From assembly GCF_000150275.1 (NCBI RefSeq), contig NW_002060949.1, positions 4,955,006-5,019,005 of the forward strand: a stretch of DNA of 64,000 bases, read 5' to 3'. Below the pieces are notes generated by a model that ran no database searches, was not told where the DNA came from, and saw nothing but the letters and a program-made list of their open reading frames with translations. The stretch's first letter is position 1. Each line of letters starts with the position of its first letter. Shown one piece after another: positions 53,901 to 64,000 of this stretch. A program made the translations under genes and the position numbers. The stretch is from Trichoplax adhaerens. Its lineage: Eukaryota; Animalia; Placozoa.

Positions 53901-56900
53901 TTAAATGAGCTACCTACTTGTATAACTTGTTACTGCGATACACGAATACTGTACAAGCGAAAACACTTAATTTGTTGACAGCAACTATTTCACGTCATAT
54001 TTATCACCAATATAATATCTATAAATTTAAAATTAATTTACAATCTACAGAATGTAGTAACCGTATGTATTACCTGAAATCCACTTCTTATGAATTGGCC
54101 ACAGATTATATTTATAATTCAATGAATCAGTTTTTTGTGACTTTCTAAAATCAACAAAAAAATTGGAGGTATTCCGTAGTAAAGTGAAAAAAATTAGTTT
54201 TTTCTACTAGAGTCGCCCATACAGTATACATATTGTTAGACAAATATACTTCGGATAATGTTTCACCAAGTGCACTACATGTTCAGTTAAATATAGTTCA
54301 TGCAAGATTAATCCAATGCTCAGCTTGTAGACGTTCTATAATAGGTACGTTATTACAATCTTTAGTACATTTAACCACGTTCATACGTATGGTAAATAAT
54401 ATAATTTATGGGAATATAATTTAAAACCGTATTTACTTTAATATCAACTTGTAACTGTTCTGAAGATAAAAACGGCTTTGATAACTCTTTATTATCTTTT
54501 ATAGGATAATAAACCTGAAAGCCCTATCATAGGAATAGTTGACAGTCAGCTATCTATTGAACATGATGTACCATAAATCACGCTACATCAGAATTATTAT
54601 TCTACAATCGTATCTGCTGGTGTGGCTGAACTTTTATGAATCAGCAGCTGGTCCTCTACCTGAGAAATTCTTTGCAAAACCATAACCTGAAATAGACCTT
54701 CAATTTCTGACTCACTAAAGCTAGCGCAAATAATCAATAAATCAATATATAACACGAAACTATAAATCAGATTTATATATCATAGCCACCCGTCGCTTTG
54801 CCGCACTTCATGAGTAGCACTATATTCCTTTAGAATATCTTCTCTAGAAGGATATTCACGATTTGTTAAAGGTAAACAAGCTGGCGCAGTTAGCGATCGC
54901 CAATCAACTCTTTCATAGAAATCCCAAAAAGTATCTGAATCTGTCGCGTAGATAGTACGTTTATTTTCTGGTTCTCTTTTTGGATTGACATAGTAGTAAG
55001 CTACTCCATGATTTGACTTCAGACCGTTGATGCCCTCTAAAAAAGATAACTGTTAATTCTTTTTACAATAAACTAATGTAACAAATGATAATCCTAAAAT
55101 ATTTTTGATACCGGATGCTGATTCGGTAAATTCTTGAATGTAATGATTAAAATATTCCTCCACATTTTTAGTATTTTCATCTATAACCTCATGGTCTTCG
55201 GGTTGTTGAACATCTTCTGCTAACGTCGAATCTCTTTCATTCATGTGCTTCAAAGCAGCTAAAGCAATAGTTTTGCTTGGAAATATGCAACTTGGAAGCT
55301 CATATCCTAATAATAAATATATATGGACTCTATAAGCACTCTGAACGGATCAAAGATTTCATATAAATTCGCATACCTATACCTCAAAACTAAAACGATA
55401 ATTATATTAACTAATTATATGGTCGATGCATTGAAAACAAACACCTTTATCATCATTTTGGTTATCTGCTTTGGAAACTACTGGACTTTGTAAAACAACA
55501 TCATTCCAACGACTATAGCAATGCCCACGATTTTTCATTAATGAGGGATAAAAAATTTTAATGTTTTCAGAGTCATCATCGTCTTCATTCGATACGGACC
55601 GATCATCATCTAATAAATCATGAAATAAAGAATCGTTCATGTAACAATATCGATTTTAAACGTACAGCATAACAACCGTTTCTAAAATCAACCAACCTTT
55701 AACATTTAGGTGATTCGTAGTATCCTTACTCTCCTTAATACTACAGTTTAGTTATATGTTATATGTTATAACTTAGGCAATCACATAATCATAACACAGC
55801 CATAAAGCAAAGAAATTAAAACATACGAATCTCCATCATCAGACTGCCTCTCCATATTCTCTAGCAATAAATTACCCCAGTCGAAATCATCTCCTCTATC
55901 ATCGCTTTCAAAAATTTTTAGTATTTGTTCCGCTAGCATAAAAAATATGAAGATATACATAAAAATGATTTAGAATATCTTCATTTAGGATGTAATATAA
56001 ACGATTCATACCTGGTGTTGCCCTGCGACTATTCTTTAAAGCATCAAACTAAAAATATTTTCAACATTTAATTATAGATTATAAATATAAAATAATTCAT
56101 TTTGATTCACGTAACAGATCCTTACAAAACTGCTTGAAAATTTAATTCTTGGAACATAATAACGGCTGGATTTTTTTCTTAGTTCAAGCTGTGTTTTTGA
56201 AACGTATCCACTATACCAAATGCAAGATTGCTTAATTAAAATTTTACTGCTAATTCTAACTCATTCTACATCTATAAAAATGGAGATTTTTAAATAAAAT
56301 TATATGTGCGATATAGTTAAAGAAATATTAAACCTCAGATTGATCCAATCATCCGGTACTTCATATTTATCTTCCGCATATTTTATCTATCAAACAAAGT
56401 GCAAGACACCTCTGATATTTTTATAATTCAACTATACGTTATAGCAACTTTCAATTAAGTAATTTCTTCATCAATATAAATGCATGGCAAATTATGGAAA
56501 CCTTTAATAATGGAACGTAATACAATGGAGACTCTCCCAAACAAACTAAATCAGCTGCAATCCCTAAAATATGTTAAATGACTTTTTATAGTAACAATTT
56601 GCACAAGTAATAATAGCAAGTCCGGTATTAATTTAATTTAAATTATAATCACCATAGTCTGATATTCTTTGTTTCGTTATATCAATTAGCTGCTTTTCAG
56701 CCTAGGCAATTTACGAATAGCGAAATATTGAAAACAATTTATGATGTGTTCTTACTCTTATATCTTTATAAAAACTATAATGTCATTGATCTATAAGATT
56801 AGTTGTTAATTTTAGCTCATTATCAGTGAATTTAGCCCAGAAATACGCGTATATATTCAAGAAGTTTTACCTCAATAATCCCAGGGCCAGCAGTAATAAC

Positions 56901-59756
56901 TGTTATACATTGTCCAGTCCGATCAAAGTTACGATCGATGTAATGCTTTTCTAATACTGGTATAAATAACAAAGAGAAATGATGAAATAGCCCTATCAGA
57001 TCAATTTATTAAATTGATTGTGCTCATTGTACGATGTAATAAACAGGTTACATACAGTTTAAGGCAAGATTCATTGCTTCTAAACAGTTTCCTTGTGAGT
57101 ATGAGGAATTTATATTACCATCTTTGCTAGAGCCTGTAGTAGAATATTTAAAGAATATAAAGTGGAAAGAATAACTTCAAAGTAGGATTGATATTGAAGA
57201 TCATCAGGGCAAGATTGCACCGACGTAATCTACAATGTCAAAAAACCCCTGCAAATACAGGCATAACTACCTTCTGGTGTTGTTACATTAACATGGCATA
57301 AGTACTCTCCAAAATAACGTTTGAGTTGAATTATTATTGTACTCCAGTCATTGCGTCTTTCAGATAGGGTAACAACTCTAAAAGCGAATAGAATGCAAAT
57401 TATATTTGTCAACTTGATGTCAGAATTTATTTACCCTATCATTTCTAAATAGTTATGACATAGATTCCGGAATAGAATCATATCAAACCTATAAAAATCT
57501 TCATAAGATGGAGAGGTTTCCTTTGTCGCACTAACGTTACCGGATTCTAATAAATCAAAATTACATTCGTAGCCTCCATAAGTTACTAAAATCTGAATGC
57601 TAGCCATTTTGCCAGTGTACGGATAATATTTATTAAAACGATCAAACAATAAAAAGGCGACTTTAAATTTACTGTCCCCTAACCGAAAGCCTCCAAATTA
57701 TAAATAGTCCTAGAAAACAATACAATTGTGACATCATGATCACAGGAATTGACCTAAAAGGGAAAGTATCATACTATAATTAATTCTCTAATCAAAGTAT
57801 TTTAAATGTAAATATTCTATGGCATATACATATAAATAGCATAGGCAATAAGACTAACTTTCCATTCGTTAAATAAAACAGATAGAAATTCAATAGTTTT
57901 CTCAAAATATAAATCTCCTGCAAATAGAACAAAGCCGACAAGTTCAAATCCGAAACCATTTAAATTTTACGGTAATAATATTCAATTTTATCATTGACGG
58001 TAAATATAGATATATTATATCGAACATATTGCTGGAAAGACCTCCTATATCGAATTCCCACATCTCTCTGCTCATTTGTATCATCAAAAATATCATTGCT
58101 CTTGAAGATCGGAAGATGATCTAAATGGCAACACACGTGCGTTAGATATCACCTTCTTACTGCTCAATAAATTCGTAACACAAGTATAGTGACATTCTAT
58201 AATTATAACTATAATGAACCCTTATACATACACGCTAATACCTTGGTATTTTTAGATATATATCCGCTATTTCCAGCAATAATTCTATCACTATTTCTAA
58301 ACCAAAGTTTATCTATCTGGCACCTAATTATAATATACTGTGAGATGGCTAAAGATGAAGCAATAAACAGATTCTTCTCAGTTGCTAAGTACCTGATACA
58401 GTCGTGTTCAAGTTTGCCTCCATAATACACACACCTATCTCTCTAAATTAGCCAATAAAATGACAATTTTTAAAACATCTTAACAGATATCACTTCATAA
58501 TAAGCAGTACAATAAGGCTAACTTGTACATATAATTTCGTGTATGCCTATAGCATTATGTGTTTAATCAAAATCTATTGGCTGTCAAGGATAATTTAACT
58601 TACCAATGCTTCTTTCAAGCACCACATATCTCTTCGGCCTATATACTGATCCTACATTGTTGTAAATTAATTAAGTTATCATTAGCTTAAAATAAGCAAT
58701 CATTCTACTTATTTTTCTAAGCTAATTTTAAATCTATTCCTTTATACCAAAGACTCTTTACCTTAAATGCCAATTCGATAGCATACAGTTCAATCTCCTA
58801 CATAAAATCATACAAAATTGCATTATTTTGTGTTTACTTTTTGTATATCCGTGTGTCAGTTTATGTCTTGGTATGGTATGGATATTGGTACGCTCTAAAA
58901 AAATTCATCAATATGCCTACTTCTTGATGGTAATGAGCGAATCAATCGAAAATCTATAACAAGGGCAATTTAATTAAGATAAAATTACCTGCTTATCAAG
59001 TAGCTTAAGTAAAACTGTCTGATACGCAGTTATACCAAGTACAGACGCTGCATTTTTATGAATTGACACCGTGCCTAATAAATTTAGATAGTAATAGCGA
59101 TCATTGCCAAAATCATATCGTATAATCTTAATATTTATTACGACAGTGTAGTAGCCTACCTTTAGGAATGTCATTGGTTATGGACTTGACTTGCAAGCTG
59201 ATACATTTCTCTCTTGTGCAACTACAGTAGGTGCGAGTATAATCGATACAACGTCTAGGTTAGATAAGATTTTATAAATAGTAATCCCATTTAACCCCAT
59301 TTAATTCAATTCATCAATAATTCCATGCTCTAATCTTTCAGATTATAATTGTATTATCTAAATATTCTGGTATTCGTACTATTGGAGACGTCATTATTTC
59401 ACTACGAGCGTACATCAATGTAGTAGGACTGCAATCATTTTATGACTCTATCAACTTACTTTTGAGTATCAATACATTGTGCAGCGCTTGGCAAACAAAT
59501 TTTGAATACATCCCCGAGTACAACGTCGGGAAAATCTTTACTATTTAAGATTAATTGCCCATCTATGAAAAAAACACAAAATGATGCGACCTTCAATTCA
59601 AAATAGCACTTCATAAGCTAACAGCTCGATCTTTGCAAGCTATCCAGCTCGATACTAATTCACAGACGTGTAAAATTGAAAGTACTCTACCGCTACCATA
59701 CCACTATAATTTTCCTGATGGACTCTAGCCTTATATTCATTCAAAGTATCTTTCAT
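50971..59756 (-). CDS. DEPDC5: GATOR1 subunit DEPDC5/Iml1, many small exons
   Basis: Spliced segments [66 protein letters not shown] domain ([13 protein letters not shown]...FIFGY), FIHSSGAAL and C-terminal NKLKEWW. ATG at 59756, stop at 50971. Not every internal junction was checked. Confidence 0.92.
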
Positions 59757-59876
59757 GTTGATCGAAATCAGGCTGATTGGAGCACCATCTCATAATCCAT
59801 GATAATATTGGGAAAGGCAATGATGATTCATGTCTGTTTATAGTCGAGACCAGCACCTATGGGTGGGCACCGTGGC

Positions 59877-60320
59877 TACAGTACATGCTGTACTGTACTG
59901 TACGTTAAAGTACAGTACAGTACTGTACTGTACAGTATGTACAGTATACAGTACTGTAATTTATACTGTAAGATTTGTCGAACTTCTTTACAAAGCTTAC
60001 AGTATGCATTTGTAAGGTTTTGTATGAAGCTTTATAATTCATACTAAAGCTTATAAATTAATTGGTACTTAAACGGTATACTGTAGAACCGATAAGTCTA
60101 AGTTTAATTGGTACGGCTCTGGTTTCAGCATTGAAGGTTCTCGACGGTTCTGATTCGAAATTTTTGTAAATGTGCATGCAGTACCAGAACCAAACCTTCG
60201 ACAGGTGTACAGACAGTACAGTACAGTACAGTACACTGTACAGTACAGTAAGTACAGTATAGGAGAGGTCTTACAGTACAGTATACTGTACGGCGTATAC
60301 GGTATATAGTACTGTAGATC
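59877..60320. repeat. TACAG/CTGTA tracts upstream of DEPDC5
   Basis: Dense at 59877-59970 and 60205-60320. Confidence 0.9.
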
Positions 60321-62262
60321 ACGTGATTGTGTTTTATTTGTTTATTTATACTGTATATATAAGATGTAAGATGTCCACAGCATCTTCAATCATAATTAAC
60401 AAGTGCTCGCTAACTGTCGAAAACAGTGATACAACTGTTCATCACTCTGTGTAATTCTTCTGTCCTATCTCCTGTATTCTTTGGTACTTCTGTTTGCAAC
60501 CTGTACTACATTTGTTGATTGTTCTTATAATAAACTCTGCTAACTTATCTGCTTTCGTCGCTCAATTACCAATATGATCATTCTTGAAGCCGGAAAGGTG
60601 ACATACTGTACAGTGTACACTCAGAAGATAGTATATTAATGTATACAGTTATATATCGTAGCAGGGTTCATGGACTCGGCTTTACTTATAACCAGCCTGA
60701 TCGAATCGAGGATAGGGCATCAAACAGCTAGATGAAATAAGAAACAACGTAGAACATCTTTCGTGACTTTGAAACGATAATATACGCGTTAATAATTATA
60801 ATGAATGAATGAATTAATACATATACGATTATATATGTATCATTCAATAATTTATCGCTTAATATCCTTGTTTTAACTATGCGCCGTGTATACATGTATA
60901 TCTGAATAGTTTTGATAATGTAGCAGTTTTTTTTTTATTTATTTGAAGCTTTCAGTCATAATATTTACCATAGCTTTTCTTATATAGCTTCAAGGATTGC
61001 AAATTTACTGCTTTATTACGGAGTATTTCCACTCTAAAATGAGGTGACTGATGTAAAATTGGCCATTTTATATAAGACTTAAGATTCAATCTTAATACTA
61101 ATAACATCACTTTATTATCAAGATATTCTACATCAAAAAGGAAATAATTACCAGCTTTACCTAATTTACAATTAAAATATCGCTAATCAATATGGTTCAA
61201 AATTGAGATCTCGCCAAAAGTAAGACATTATTAAAAATATTGAACAGTTAATACTTATAATCTACGAAAATTAGCATTTAGCCGTCTGGAAAACATACAG
61301 AAAATTGGATGCAAAATGTAATTTATAAAAGTCAATCATGTTACTTTAAAGTCAATATGCTCTAGGATAGAAAGGGTAAGCGCACTATAACAGAGGTTGT
61401 GTAAGAAAAATTATAGTTACTATTATGGTTAGTTACTTTAAATGAGCTAAACAATTGCAAATTATCATAACATTCAAATCTACATTGAAAAGTTGACATT
61501 TAGCAAGAAATTCTCGCTTGGAAATAACTCTACGATATGCTCTATTATAGCTAGTTGTTTGATACCGTATCCTCGATCAGACTAGACTTGAAGACGTGCA
61601 AAGTCCAATTTATCAATCAAAACACCGACGGACAGAATTATCCTCTGCTCAACCACTAGCTAATATTCCGTATATGCCATTGGTATACAGTCCATAGACT
61701 AGCAAGAGCCTCGAAGAACTGACAAACCTTGGTCTGTCCAACGCCTAAACATTATGTAAACATCTAAAAAACAATCTGGTGAACTTCCGTTAGACCTTCC
61801 CCATTCTTCATGACCTTTAGCGTTCATAACAAGGCTGCAGTATTATTCCTTATACTGAGTATTGCATGCTTCTAGTATAAACTATCAGAAATTTATCATT
61901 ATGGTGTTAATACAATTAATTAAAATTTTAAACAGACTGTAATGAAATACAATAAAGGAAATGTGTTATTTTTGATGGGAGGGATCTAATTAATCACAGC
62001 CTACTGTTTCCTTTATGTACCAGTGGATCTTTGCATGCACCCGCATCGGCTGCTGTAAACTGTAGTGTTTTGCACTAACTTGCACCGTAGACGCTACTAT
62101 TTACCCCACACTTGGTACATAATTTAGTTCTTTTTCAAAAACAAGCCCTGAGGTCATCCACGGTGTCTCGGTGAAAATTCCTGCTGTGCAATTCTTATTT
62201 CCAACCTCGTTCTTTTCAATTTGTGAGGTCGCATTCGCTTAAGTGAACCTGGTTTCATAAAC

Positions 62263-63988
62263 ATGTCGATCAAGAAAAGTAATTTTCCTGATATAAAAAT
62301 CCCTGAAGGGACTGTCTTCGATGTTGTTTTTAGTAACCTAGAGGAAAGAAAAGATCTCGTACTTTTGGTAAATCTCTATTTACCGTCTACTATAACTTGC
62401 AAATAGCTTATCATTATATACGAGTAATGTAACTTATCATTAAATCGATGCAATACCTACACAGACTCTGCCAACTAGGAAATCATTTCTATACTTTGAT
62501 ACCAATAGTCTCTTTAATTGCGGTTATCGTGACCTCAATAATCAAAACAAAATTGCCGATAGATATATTCACATTTGCACTAATTTTGCGTTATACTTTA
62601 CAAAATTAACTATTGCAATCCTGTACGATATGCTTACAGTAAGATACATTATATTGCTTAGATTTGAAGATTCTAAAGCCTTGCTAATGCACTAGTAATA
62701 TCCGTACAGAACTCTGATGTTATCATAATTTTATTCAAATTACAAGTAACAAATTTCTTTAGACCATTCATAGTAGCTACGATCGAAATCAAAATACGCT
62801 ATAATACCAATTGATTGCATTCTGTTATTTATTTAACTTTTATTTAAATACCAACTGAACTTTTAATCAAGAAAGTATACTTTATAAATTTTTAAAATGA
62901 TATTGTTTTCAACGTGATTATTAAGGTTGATGGACTCTCCGATAAGTCCTATACATTACAACAGATGTATGAATTATCCAGACGGGCATCTTGTGCTTTA
63001 CGAAAGCATGGTCTTCGTAAAGGCGATGTTTTAGCAATCATTAGTCCAAATACCCTAGATTATCCAATTATCCAGCTAGCTGCAATGGCTATAGGTGCTA
63101 CTATTACAGCTTTCAATCCTTTGTCGACACCTAAGGAAATATCCTATTTGCTAAATGATTCTGGAGCAAGATTTGTAATTTTGCATCCATTTGTGATTAA
63201 AAACTACGAGGCAGCGGAAAATAAAGGCGTTGATGAGAAATTCGTTTTTGGAAATGTCGACGGATACACTTCCATCTCCAGCTTTTATGAGTATGATTTA
63301 CGATATTTAAAAATTAGATCAATTGTATAATTATTATTGTTAATAAATACATTTATGCATACAAGCACCTTATATGTGAACGTATGGAGAAATTTTCGTA
63401 CTAGGCTAGATGTTATGCATTAGATATATAATTAATAACTGTTATTAAATTCGAGAATACACTACCCAAGAATTAGAGAAATAAATTATAAAAAAAATTT
63501 AGAAAATATGAAATTAGTAGACATATAATTGAGTATTTTACTACGTAGCACCTACACTAGTACTACACCATCCAGTAAATTGCTTTTACGAAGATACATT
63601 GTGAAGAATATCACAATATTTGTCTATCCATTACTGATGCGATACTTTTCCCATGGATAGGGAAGATGACTCCACATTTATGGTCGATGAAACTATTGAT
63701 GTTAAAGAAGATGTTGCAATGATGTTTTATTCAAGTGGTACTACAGGCTTACCTAAAGGAGTCATGCTTTCCCATCGCAACATTAACTCAATCTTCGGAA
63801 TGGCTGATGTTATAAATGAATTGCATCCTATTTTCTTTGTGGGAAAAGTTTGTTTTGGTCTCTTACCGTTCTACCATATTTATGGTAGTATCCTAGTACT
63901 ATTTTTGCGCATGGTAACCAGTAAAAAGCTAATTATTGTACCTCGATTCGATCCTGAAGGTTTTCTTGCTGCTATTCAGAAATATAAA
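62263..63988 (+). CDS. 4-coumarate-CoA ligase / luciferase-like acyl-CoA synthetase, 5' part; exons 62263-62367, 62926-63290, 63661-63988, continuing beyond the window
   Basis: GLRKGDVLAIISPN, AMP-binding signature YSSGTTGLPKGVMLSH and LLPFYHIYG. Confidence 0.9.
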
Positions 63989-64000
63989 GTAAGTACGATG

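Noticed and set aside
61560-61850. GC-richer stretch resembling decayed coding sequence
   Set aside because: Multiple stops and no recognisable protein family.

Overview
AT-rich, intron-dense eukaryotic (early-branching animal) DNA; the gene set, compact GT-AG introns and low GC suggest a placozoan such as Trichoplax, which is my inference and not confirmed. By manual splicing I find 11 protein-coding genes: three SLC46/PCFT-like MFS transporter paralogs, RPLP2, a frameshifted intronless rhodopsin-family GPCR, a BMP-type (ALK3/6-like) type I receptor, HSPBP1/Fes1, cathepsin C, a GT31 beta-1,3-glycosyltransferase, RAD54B, DEPDC5, plus the 5' part of a 4-coumarate-CoA-ligase/luciferase-like acyl-CoA ligase (12 loci in total). 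The most striking non-coding pattern is that all five divergent (head-to-head) intervals and the cathepsin C 5' flank carry a palindromic, strand-switching TACAG/CTGTA pentamer tract. Most 5' flanks also carry a locus-specific tandem array (48, 83, ~93, ~190, 204, 227 bp units), in some of which the pentamer appears freshly inserted. Convergent intervals lack both. Also notable: the type I receptor naturally carries Glu at the ALK2-Q207/ALK5-T204 activating position and Arg in place of the FKBP12-binding Leu, and RPLP2 has a TCT/5'TOP-type start with an intronic YY1-type site. No rRNA, tRNA, CRISPR or intact transposon was recognised. All coordinates were read by hand.
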